64,000 nt of DNA, from the NCBI GenBank assembly GCA_049521435.1, contig JBEKOU010000003.1, positions 174,642 through 238,641 of the forward strand, read 5' to 3'. The DNA is from Candidatus Dormibacteria bacterium. Lineage in GTDB: Bacteria; Chloroflexota; Dormibacteria; Aeolococcales; Aeolococcaceae. The notes beneath the pieces were generated by a model. The model was not told the DNA's origin. It saw only the letters and a list, made by a program, of their open reading frames with translations, and did not search any database. This document shows, piece after piece, positions 56,309 through 64,000 of this stretch; position 1 is the stretch's first letter, and each line of letters begins with the position of its first letter. The position numbers and the translations under genes were made by a program.

Positions 56309-58809
56309 GCGAGCGCCGCGACCGCTTCGACGCCGAGCTCTCCGAGCTCTTCGGCGAGGACCCGGACCTGCTCCGGCTCGCCCAGGCGGTCCGGGAGAGC
56401 CGGCCCGATCCGCACCTCGACCCGAGGTTCCCGCTCGTCCTCCGCGCCCGCCTGATGGGTGAGGCGCGCACGTTGCTGGTCCCCCGGAGCACCGTGCGGG
56501 CCAGGAGGGTCCCCGGACGCCTCGCCCTCTGGGGCAGCTTTGCAGCCGCGGCGGCCCTGGCCGCCGGTGTGGTGGCCGCGCTGACGAGTGGCACCCCGCC
56601 ATCGGGCAGGCTGGCCGTCGTCGCCTCCAACGTGAGCCAGAAGCGGGCGGTCGACCCGCACCAGGCCATCACCCTCAGCTTCAACGAGCCGCTGAGTGAG
56701 CAGATCGAAGGTGCGGTGGTGGCCGCAGTCAAGATCCAGCCGGCCACCGATGTGACGGTCGCGTGGGAGGGTGCGGAGACCCTGGTGCTCACGCCCACCC
56801 ACCCCCTCGCCGCCGACACCGACTACCAGGTCACGATCCCCAAGACGGCGGTCCAGAATGCGAGCGGCCAGACGCTCAGCTCCAACGTGACCATCGACTT
56901 CGGTACCGAGGCGGTGGCCACGCCCGGCCCGGCGGCCTCACCGGTGCCGGCGCTCGAGCCCGCCGTGGTGGGCCCGGCGGCAAACGACGGCCTGGCCTTC
57001 TGGGGCCCGGATGACGCTCCCGGGGTGACCGATTCCACCGTCGGGCAGCCGGAGCCCAGCCCGCCGGCCACCGTCTCGCCCGTGCCCTCGGGCACCACCT
57101 CTCCCGGGCCGTCGGCCACCCCCAGCGCATCGCCCGTGACCGCCATTGCGACACCCGCGGGAGGCGTGGGCGGCACCCTCGGCCCCGCGCAGGTCGGGGG
57201 GTCGGTCTACTTCCCCGCGGACCAGCCCCCGGTGACGCTCAGCGACCAGCCGTCCACGGCCGTGGCGGTGTCGGCCAGTGGGTATGCCGCCATCGCCGTG
57301 GCCCAGCCAGGCGGCACCAGCGCGATCCTGGTCCCCGACGGGAGCGCCGCCAACCAGGTCTGGCCGTCAGGCGCGGCTGGCGGTGCCCTGGTGACGGCCC
57401 TTGCCTGGGATGGCAGCAACCGGATCGTCTTCGTGACTCCCGAGGGAATCTACGCGGTGGACCTGGATGGACAGTGGTCTCAGCTCTACGCCTTCCCGGC
57501 CGGAGGTTCGGCGTCCGGGGTGGTGCTCGGAGCGGACGGAGAGAACGCCTTCCTTCCCGCTGCGGATGTCGCCGGCCAGGCGGGTCTGGGGACGACGGCA
57601 TCCCCTTCCACCTCGGCCACCCCCTCCCCGAGTCCGTCGTCCTCCGCCTCTCCCTCGGGGCCCGCGTCCCCGATCGCCTCCTCTCCCGCGGCGCCACCGA
57701 CGGCCACGTATCTGCCGACCACGACGGATGGATGGCTGATCGCGCTCCCGACCGAGGGCGGGCAGGCGCCGACCCCCACCCAGCTCCCCGGGAGCGTCAG
57801 TGGGGTGGTGACCTTCAGCGGTGCCGGAGATGAGGTGGCGTGGGTGGACACGAGCGGGAGCACCGCCACCGTTCTGGAGGCGCCTGTCAGTGACCCGACC
57901 GCGATCACACCGGTCCCCGGCGCCCCCACCGAAGGGATCGAGGAGATGGCTCTGGACGCCCACGGGGCCACCGTCGCCTACGCTCTCGACCCCGGGGGGA
58001 TCGAGGTCGAGACGGCGAGCGGGACGGTGCTGGGCACGACGCCGGACGAGGCCAGCTCGCTGGCCTTCTCCGCCGACGGAACCCAGCTCGCCTTCGTGAC
58101 GGCCGGGAGTCTCGACGTCGCCCAGGTCCAGACCGCCTCGACGCCGCCCGGGCCCACCTCCCTCTGCGAGGACGCAGGTCAGGTGCTGACCCAGTTCGTG
58201 GGCGATCAGGTCGCCCACGACCAGGCCGGCATGGCCACCCTGAGCGCTCCTGAAGCCCCACCAGCTGGCACCCTGACGCCTTCATCGGTCGATCGCGGAT
58301 ACGCGATCAGCTCCAGCTGCACGGCGGCGAGCGCGACCGGCGGGCCCACCCTCACCGCCTCCGCACGGCTCATCGTGGATCCGAGCCCCACCTCTCCCGG
58401 TCAGATCACCGACGAGACCATCGTGCTCGGAGAGAGCAGCGGCGGGTGGCTGATGACGGGTCTCACAGTCCCCCCTCTCTACCCCCAGGGCGGCGGGCCG
58501 CACGTCCTCAGCATCAGCGCGACGCCGCCGGTCGCAGGCTCGGTCAACCCGGAGAGTGTGGTGATTGTCAGCTTCGACTCCGACCTCGACGCCTCGAGTG
58601 TCGGTGCTTCCTCACTCTGGCTGGAAACCGCCGACGGACCGCCGATCGCCCTGGTGGGCCCGCCGGCCTACGACCCCGATACTCGTGAGGCGACCCTCAT
58701 CGTGTCCGGCGCTCTCCCCGCCGGCACCGACGTCATCGTCGGCACCTTGATCGCCGACATCGACGGCGGTCACCCCGCGGCCAGCGTCACCTACCCGGTC
58801 GGCAGCTAA
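56305..58809 (+). CDS. membrane anti-sigma factor with a large extracellular region carrying two SbsA-Ig/Big-like modules
   Basis: Its GTGA start overlaps the sigma gene's stop. It has a cytoplasmic anti-sigma helix region, one TM helix 'LALWGSFAAAAALAAGVVAAL', and two Ig-like modules ('ITLSFNEPL...TPTHPLAADTDYQVTI' and 'VVIVSFDSDLDASSV...DPDTREATLIVSGALPAGTDV'). Long Ser/Pro/Thr linkers separate them. Confidence 0.6.
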   Translation: MSERRDRFDAELSELFGEDPDLLRLAQAVRESRPDPHLDPRFPLVLRARLMGEARTLLVPRSTVRARRVPGRLALWGSFAAAAALAAGVVAALTSGTPPSGRLAVVASNVSQKRAVDPHQAITLSFNEPLSEQIEGAVVAAVKIQPATDVTVAWEGAETLVLTPTHPLAADTDYQVTIPKTAVQNASGQTLSSNVTIDFGTEAVATPGPAASPVPALEPAVVGPAANDGLAFWGPDDAPGVTDSTVGQPEPSPPATVSPVPSGTTSPGPSATPSASPVTAIATPAGGVGGTLGPAQVGGSVYFPADQPPVTLSDQPSTAVAVSASGYAAIAVAQPGGTSAILVPDGSAANQVWPSGAAGGALVTALAWDGSNRIVFVTPEGIYAVDLDGQWSQLYAFPAGGSASGVVLGADGENAFLPAADVAGQAGLGTTASPSTSATPSPSPSSSASPSGPASPIASSPAAPPTATYLPTTTDGWLIALPTEGGQAPTPTQLPGSVSGVVTFSGAGDEVAWVDTSGSTATVLEAPVSDPTAITPVPGAPTEGIEEMALDAHGATVAYALDPGGIEVETASGTVLGTTPDEASSLAFSADGTQLAFVTAGSLDVAQVQTASTPPGPTSLCEDAGQVLTQFVGDQVAHDQAGMATLSAPEAPPAGTLTPSSVDRGYAISSSCTAASATGGPTLTASARLIVDPSPTSPGQITDETIVLGESSGGWLMTGLTVPPLYPQGGGPHVLSISATPPVAGSVNPESVVIVSFDSDLDASSVGASSLWLETADGPPIALVGPPAYDPDTREATLIVSGALPAGTDVIVGTLIADIDGGHPAASVTYPVGS

Positions 58810-58818
58810 CCGGGGCGG

Positions 58819-60264
58819 CTAACTGCTGGACACCACCAGCGCGGCAGCGATGGCCGCCACGTGGGCGGGGTCGCGGAGGAGTCGGTCGTACCGTTTCCTC
58901 CGCGCCTCCCAGGCATGGGCCGCGGGCACCAGCTCGGGATGATCCTCGATGAAGTGCGTCGTGTACCGGCCCGCGCGGAAGTCGGGAGAGTCGAGGATGG
59001 CGAGGTGGAAGGCGATGTTGGTCCGGATGCCCGTGATCGCGTACTCGATCAGCGCCCGGCGCATCCTGCCGATGGCCATCTCCCGGGTGGGGCCCCAGAC
59101 GATCAGCTTGGCGATCATCGGGTCGTAGCTGGGTGAGACCATCCCCGGCCCGGCGAGCGCGGCGTCGACCCGGACCCCGGGACCGGAGGGCTCGTGGTAG
59201 CCGGTGACCCGGCCCGGCGAGGGCATGAAGTCGTTGCCGAAGTCCTCCGCGTTGATCCGGCATTCGATGGCGTGCCCGCGCGGCACCAGGTCGTGCTGGC
59301 GGAGCTGGAGGCGCTCGCCGGCCGCGATCCTCAGCTGCTCGGCGACCAGGTCCACGGAGTACACGGCCTCTGTGACCGGGTGCTCGACCTGCAACCGCGT
59401 GTTCATCTCGAGGAAGAAGAAGTCACCCTTGGAATAGATCAGCTCCACGGTGCCGGCGTTGACGTAGCCGACCGCGCGCGCGGCGGTGACGGCGACCTCG
59501 CCCATGCGCTCCCGGGTCTCCGGGTCGATGACCACCGAGGGGGACTCCTCGAGGATCTTCTGGTGCCGGCGCTGGATCGTGCACTCGCGCTCCCCGAGGT
59601 GGATGACCTGGCCGTGGGCGTCGGCGAGCACCTGGATCTCGATATGGCGGGGCTCTGCGACGTAGCGCTCGAGGAAGACGGTGGCGTTGCCGAAGGCCCG
59701 CTCCGCGGTGGAACGGGCCGCTTCCAGACCACTCCGAAGCTCCGCCGGATCACGGGCCACGCGCATCCCGATGCCGCCGCCACCGGCGGAGGCCTTGATG
59801 AGCACCGGGTAGCCGATCTGGGCGGCCACCGTCTGCGCCTCCTGCGGGTCGCGAATCGCCCCGCTTCCGGGGACGACCGGCACTCCCGAGGACAGCATCC
59901 GCTCCCTGGCCGGCACCTTCTCTCCCATCGCGGCCATCGCCTCGGGAGGAGGGCCGATGAAGACGATGCCGGCGGCGGCGCAGGCCCGGGCAAACGCCTG
60001 GTTCTCGCTCAGAAAGCCGTAGCCGGGATGGATCGCCTGGGCTCCCGTGGACCTGGCTGCCGCCAGGATCCTCTCGATGTCGAGGTACGACTGGGAGGGG
60101 GCGGCGGGACCGATCTCGACCGCCTCGTCGGCGAGGATGGTGAAGGGCGCGCCACGGTCTGCTTCGCTGTGGACCGCAACGGAGGCGATGCCGAGATCGC
60201 GACAGGCACGGATCACCCGGAGGGCGATCTCGCCCCGGTTGGCCACCAGCACCTTGGAGAACAC
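58819..60264 (-). CDS. accC: biotin carboxylase (ATP-grasp; AccC-like subunit of a biotin-dependent carboxylase)
   Basis: GTG at 60264 gives 'VFSKVLVANRGEIALRVIRACRDLGI...'. The ATP-grasp domain includes 'EMNTRLQVEHPVTE'. No biotin carboxyl carrier protein (BCCP) or carboxyltransferase gene is adjacent. Confidence 0.8.
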   Translation of the reverse strand: MFSKVLVANRGEIALRVIRACRDLGIASVAVHSEADRGAPFTILADEAVEIGPAAPSQSYLDIERILAAARSTGAQAIHPGYGFLSENQAFARACAAAGIVFIGPPPEAMAAMGEKVPARERMLSSGVPVVPGSGAIRDPQEAQTVAAQIGYPVLIKASAGGGGIGMRVARDPAELRSGLEAARSTAERAFGNATVFLERYVAEPRHIEIQVLADAHGQVIHLGERECTIQRRHQKILEESPSVVIDPETRERMGEVAVTAARAVGYVNAGTVELIYSKGDFFFLEMNTRLQVEHPVTEAVYSVDLVAEQLRIAAGERLQLRQHDLVPRGHAIECRINAEDFGNDFMPSPGRVTGYHEPSGPGVRVDAALAGPGMVSPSYDPMIAKLIVWGPTREMAIGRMRRALIEYAITGIRTNIAFHLAILDSPDFRAGRYTTHFIEDHPELVPAAHAWEARRKRYDRLLRDPAHVAAIAAALVVSSS

Positions 60265-60389
60265 GGCTCCATGGTGCCATCCGGAAAGGTGGGACCGGAT
60301 GCCGCTGCGAGGGCGGCCGAAGAACCGAGCGCGGGCTGACCCGGGTGCGATCATGGGGACGAACCGGAGTTTGGGCAGGAGGCCGCGCG

Positions 60390-60707
60390 ATGCCGCGAGA
60401 CAGAGACGAGGCGTGGCACGAGGTGGGCCGGCACGCGACCGAGCTCGGCTCCCGGCTCCGGGAGCACTATCGGGCCCAGCAGGGCGCGGACACCAGGCCG
60501 CCCATCGAGACCGCCCTGGAGGCGCTGAGCCGCCAGGGCAGGATTGCCCTCGAGGCGGCGGCGCAGGCGCTCCGGGATCAGGAGGTTCGGGACCAGGCGC
60601 TCCGCACGTCGCGTGCCCTCGCCGATGCCGTCGAGGCGTCCGTGGCCAGCCTCGGCGGCGAGGTCAAGCAGGCGCGGCGGCGGGCGCCGAAGAAGCGAAA
60701 CAGGTAG
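60390..60707 (+). CDS. hypothetical small helical protein
   Basis: ATG at 60390, with GGAGG 9 nt upstream. Basic C-terminal tail 'RRRAPKKRNR'. No recognisable motif. Confidence 0.4.
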   Translation: MPRDRDEAWHEVGRHATELGSRLREHYRAQQGADTRPPIETALEALSRQGRIALEAAAQALRDQEVRDQALRTSRALADAVEASVASLGGEVKQARRRAPKKRNR

Positions 60708-60764
60708 TCACGGTCAGCCTGAGGCCGGATCGATCTACGAGTCCAGCGCGTAGGATCGGCCTCG

Positions 60765-61226
60765 ATGCAGTACCGGCGCCCCTCGCCAAGGCTGTGGCTG
60801 GCCCGCCAGACGGTGCTCGGATTGACGAGCCTCGTCCTGCTGGCGATCCTCGGCGTGTCGGGCGGGCTCCTCTGGGGTCTCCCAGGTGGCCTGGGCGGGA
60901 TCGGGGCGAGCCTGGTGCTCACGGCCACCTCCTGGTTCGTTGAGCGGGGCCGGTACCGCTCCTGGGGGTATCTCGAGCGGGACGCTGACCTCGTGGTCCG
61001 CCGCGGCCTGCTCTTCCATCGGCTGACCGTGGTCCCCTTCGGACGGATGCAGTTCGTGGACGTCACCGCGGGGCCGGTCGACCGCCTCTTTGACTTGGCC
61101 ACCGTCCAGCTTCACACCGCGGCCTCAGCGACGGACGCCCGCATCCCGGGACTGCGCAGCACCGACGCCGCCCAGCTTCGCGACCGGCTGGCGACACTCG
61201 GCGAGGCCAGGGCCTCGGGACTCTGA
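60765..61226 (+). CDS. bacterial PH-domain (YdbS-like) membrane protein
   Basis: Two N-terminal TM helices, then 'YRSWGYLERDADLVVRRGLLFHRLTVVPFGRMQFVDVTAGPVDRLFDLATVQLHTA' (bPH_2-like). Confidence 0.7.
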   Translation: MQYRRPSPRLWLARQTVLGLTSLVLLAILGVSGGLLWGLPGGLGGIGASLVLTATSWFVERGRYRSWGYLERDADLVVRRGLLFHRLTVVPFGRMQFVDVTAGPVDRLFDLATVQLHTAASATDARIPGLRSTDAAQLRDRLATLGEARASGL

Positions 61227-62587
61227 TGCCCCTGGCCTCCTCCCAGGCGCCGGCTCTGGCCGGCACCTGGTGCCGGCTCCATCCCCTCTCTCCGGTCGCC
61301 CGCACCGTGATCAGCCTCGGTGTGGTGGTGGCGGCGGGGCTCACCTCCCTCTCCGGGCAGCAGAGCTCGTCCGGTCAGACGGTGTACATGGTGGCGATCG
61401 CGGCGGCGGCGGTGCTGGTGGTGGCCGCCGCCGTGGTCTCCTGGCTGGTCACCCGGTGGCGGGTCGTCGGCGACGAGCTCCAGATCGACACCGGCCTGGT
61501 GTACCGCCAGTCGCTGCGATTCCCGCTCCGCCGCGTCCAGGCGGTGGACGTCGTCGCGCCCCTCACCGCCCGCATCCTCGGTCTCGCCGAGGTGCGGGTG
61601 GTCTCCGCCGGGACAGGCCACCGTCAGCACGGACGGCTCGCCTACCTGAGCAATCAGGACGCCGCCGCCGTGAGAGCCCAACTGCTGGCCCTGGCCCATG
61701 GACTCGCCGCCGAGACCCCCGAGCCACCCGCACGCCCCCTCTTCCGGGTCGACAACGGCCGGCTGATCGCGGCGAGCCTCCTGCGGGGGGCCTGGCTGCT
61801 GGTGCTGGTGCTCGTCGCGGTGGCGGCGATCCTGGCCGCCGTCGATCCGGCAGGAGCCGGTGGCGCCGTTCGGCAGGGTGGGTCGGATGCCGCTACCTCA
61901 CTGATCAGCGCGGTAGTGACCGGCATCGTTGCCCTCGGTCTCGATGCGGCCCGCTCCGTGAACGGCGACTTCGACTTCACGATCGGCCAGGCGCCCGACG
62001 GCCTGCGCCTCCACCGGGGCCTCCTCCAGAAGCGCCACGAGACCATCCCGTACGGCCGCATCCAGGCGGTGCGGCTGATCCAGCCGCTGCTCTGGCGGCC
62101 TTTCGGCTGGGCCCGCGTGGAGCTGGATGTCGCCCGACAGCCCGAGGCCCGTCACCAGGGGGAGGCGCGCCAGCTGGCCCACCTCCTCGCCCCGGTCGCG
62201 ACCTTGGACCAGGCACGGTGGCTGGTCGCCCAGGTCGCGCCGGGCGCGCCCGCCACCCTCACCCGCTCCGGGGCTCCACCGCGACGAGCCTGGTTCCGGG
62301 CTCCCCTTTCGTACCACTACCTCTCCGCGTGGCACGACGACCGCTGGCTGGTGACCCAGACCGGGCGAGTGCGTCCGGCGACCGTGATCGTGCCGCTGGA
62401 GAAGGTCCAGAGCATCCGGCTGAGCAGCGGGCCCCTGCTGCGGGCCCTCCACCTCGCCAACCTCCGGATCGACACCGCCGGGCGTCGGTGGGTGGCGGCC
62501 GCCCTCTGCCGGGATGCAGACGAGGCGACGGCGCTGGTCGGCCAGCTCGGAGATCTGGCGTCGCGAGCCCGACGGATCAGTTGGTGA
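61226..62587 (+). CDS. YdbT-like membrane protein with three bacterial PH-domain repeats
   Basis: Three repeats of the pattern 'W..vgDELqIDTGLVYRQSLRFPLRRVQAVDVVAPLTARILGLAEVRV'. Its TGATG start overlaps the upstream stop. Confidence 0.7.
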   Translation: MPLASSQAPALAGTWCRLHPLSPVARTVISLGVVVAAGLTSLSGQQSSSGQTVYMVAIAAAAVLVVAAAVVSWLVTRWRVVGDELQIDTGLVYRQSLRFPLRRVQAVDVVAPLTARILGLAEVRVVSAGTGHRQHGRLAYLSNQDAAAVRAQLLALAHGLAAETPEPPARPLFRVDNGRLIAASLLRGAWLLVLVLVAVAAILAAVDPAGAGGAVRQGGSDAATSLISAVVTGIVALGLDAARSVNGDFDFTIGQAPDGLRLHRGLLQKRHETIPYGRIQAVRLIQPLLWRPFGWARVELDVARQPEARHQGEARQLAHLLAPVATLDQARWLVAQVAPGAPATLTRSGAPPRRAWFRAPLSYHYLSAWHDDRWLVTQTGRVRPATVIVPLEKVQSIRLSSGPLLRALHLANLRIDTAGRRWVAAALCRDADEATALVGQLGDLASRARRISW

Positions 62588-63977
62588 TGATGACCGGGGT
62601 TCCGAGGGGCGTCCAGTCGTAGAGCCAGGGCATGATCGCGGTCGGGAAGTGGACGCAGCCGTGACTCGCGTAGTCCTGGGCGACGTCGTTCTCGCTGCCC
62701 GGACCGAAGGCGTTCTGGTTCTCCCAGTAGGCGTCGTGGAGGAAGTAGCCGTCCGCAAACTCCAGCACCCACTGCACCACGGTGGTCGGATACCAGTCGG
62801 GTGACCCCGCTGGCCAGGGGGAGACCATCGTGAAAGGCGAGGTCTTGAAGAAGACTGCGAAGTTCCCCGTCGGGGTGTTCAGGCCGGGCCGGCCGGTGGT
62901 GATCGGGCTGGCGCCGACCACGCAGCCGTTGTCGTAGAAGACGGCCTCCTGAAGGGTGAGGCTGAGCGTGATCACCTTGCCCGATCCCCCACCAGCATCG
63001 TGGCCGCATTGGTCGGCGCCCAGCTCGGCGAGAAGGGCGTTCTGGATGCCGGTCACCTGCACCTGCAGTGCGCTCATCTGGTCGTAGGTGGTGTCGCTGA
63101 GGAAGCCCTGATCCACCTCCTGGTACTGGGCCTGGAGGCTTGCCGAGTTGGGCGTGTCCTCCGCTGACGCCTGATCGGCGAGCAGCATCAGCGGCCGCAT
63201 CTCGCCGTTCAGCTGGTCGTTGATGGAGACGAGCTGGTCGAACTGCTGGAGGGCTGTGTAGAGGAGGCCGGCGGTCTGGGTCGTGTCGGCTCCGCTGGAC
63301 TCCTCGTCCTGGAGCTGCGTGGCCAGCTCGGAGATGTCACCCGGATCGAGGTTGTCCTTGCCCGCCGTGGTGAGGGCGGTGGCGGCCTGGGGGATGAGTG
63401 CCGAGGCGCCGCCGGCGCTGGCGACATCGGTCTGGATCTCGACCTGCTGCTGGGCCGTCACCACCTCGGTGCGGACGGCGTCGAGCTGATGCTGCCAGGT
63501 GGCGGCCAGGGAGGCGAGCCGTTGCGGCGTGGTCGCCGCCTTCAGCTGAACCGGCCAGTCCTGGCCGGCCGAGATCTGCGCCGCGGTCATGAAACCCCGA
63601 CCCTGGGACACCTCATCCTGCCAATCGGTCAGCACGAGCTGAGCCTTGTCGCGCTGGGCGTTGATCGCTGACGCGTAGGCGGTGTTGGTGGCGCTGGTCA
63701 GAGACGTGAGCAACGATTGCCCGTCGGTCGTCCACCATACCGGGGCCCACCACTTGTCCTCGGGCCGCTGCTCACGCAGGCGGCTCTGAAGGGGCGTGAT
63801 GCTCGCGGCAGGCACTCCGACAGCGAGGTCGTGGGCCCAGATCCGCTGCAGGGTCGCCGCCTGGGCGTCGAAGGTGGTCCTGCGCTGCGATCCGCCAACG
63901 GCGAAGCTGACCGCGCCCGCGATCAGGCAGGCGATGAGGGCGAGGGCGGCGAGGCGGACGGCGCGCTTGGGGGTCAT
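62577..63977 (-). CDS. L,D-transpeptidase (YkuD domain) with N-terminal TM anchor and a long alpha-helical linker
   Basis: C-terminal 'RPGLNTPTGNFAVFFK...DYASHGCVHFP', which includes the catalytic His/Cys. ATG at 63977. Confidence 0.8.
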   Translation of the reverse strand: MTPKRAVRLAALALIACLIAGAVSFAVGGSQRRTTFDAQAATLQRIWAHDLAVGVPAASITPLQSRLREQRPEDKWWAPVWWTTDGQSLLTSLTSATNTAYASAINAQRDKAQLVLTDWQDEVSQGRGFMTAAQISAGQDWPVQLKAATTPQRLASLAATWQHQLDAVRTEVVTAQQQVEIQTDVASAGGASALIPQAATALTTAGKDNLDPGDISELATQLQDEESSGADTTQTAGLLYTALQQFDQLVSINDQLNGEMRPLMLLADQASAEDTPNSASLQAQYQEVDQGFLSDTTYDQMSALQVQVTGIQNALLAELGADQCGHDAGGGSGKVITLSLTLQEAVFYDNGCVVGASPITTGRPGLNTPTGNFAVFFKTSPFTMVSPWPAGSPDWYPTTVVQWVLEFADGYFLHDAYWENQNAFGPGSENDVAQDYASHGCVHFPTAIMPWLYDWTPLGTPVIITN

Positions 63978-64000
63978 CAGCTCTTCGAAAGGAACGTCCA

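Overview
This 64-kb window has a very high GC content (about 72%, by eye) and is densely packed with chromosomal genes. Nearly all of it is core metabolism and housekeeping. No rRNA/tRNA genes, CRISPR array, IS element or prophage was found by eye. A HAD hydrolase 3' fragment and a small XRE-like helix-turn-helix (HTH) gene sit upstream of dinB. The ordered content is as follows.

- **1–5 kb:** dinB, an atypical sigma-70-like protein, an SRPBCC protein and a membrane PAS-GGDEF-EAL protein.
- **5–11.7 kb:** a threonine/aspartate block (hom-thrC-thrB-ask), then ychF and tyrA.
- **11.7–18.7 kb:** an EamA transporter, then a divergent intergenic region holding a 78-bp tandem repeat. This is followed by a tail-anchored small protein, an ArsA/Get3-type ATPase fused to an Hsp20-like domain, a NUDIX hydrolase, a CaCA exchanger and recQ.
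- **18.8–24.3 kb:** a secreted protein built from four 78-aa tandem repeats, a SAM methyltransferase, a HAD hydrolase, a LysM-LysM-SLT transglycosylase and a DDAH-like amidinotransferase.
- **24.4–30.1 kb:** a ku gene followed by a ligase-like gene whose catalytic lysines appear to be missing. Next to it is a four-gene minus-strand module: two zinc-ribbon–AIM24 paralogs, an SPFH protein with two zinc ribbons, and a small membrane protein. This module is the best candidate in the window for an undescribed system.
- **30.2–41.9 kb:** the complete GlgE alpha-glucan pathway (glgE-treS-mak-glgB), a DksA/TraR zinc-finger gene, and the riboflavin operon ribD-ribE-ribBA-ribH.
- **42.0–55.5 kb:** an orphan cytoplasmic histidine kinase, then a Bacillus-style purine operon on the minus strand (purB-purC-purS-purQ-purL-purF-purM-purN-purH) interrupted by two unknown genes.
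- **55.7–64.0 kb:** an ECF sigma / anti-sigma pair, a stand-alone biotin carboxylase, a ydbS/ydbT-like PH-domain pair and an L,D-transpeptidase.

Many long antisense ORFs in the six-frame track are GC-frame artefacts and are not reported as genes.
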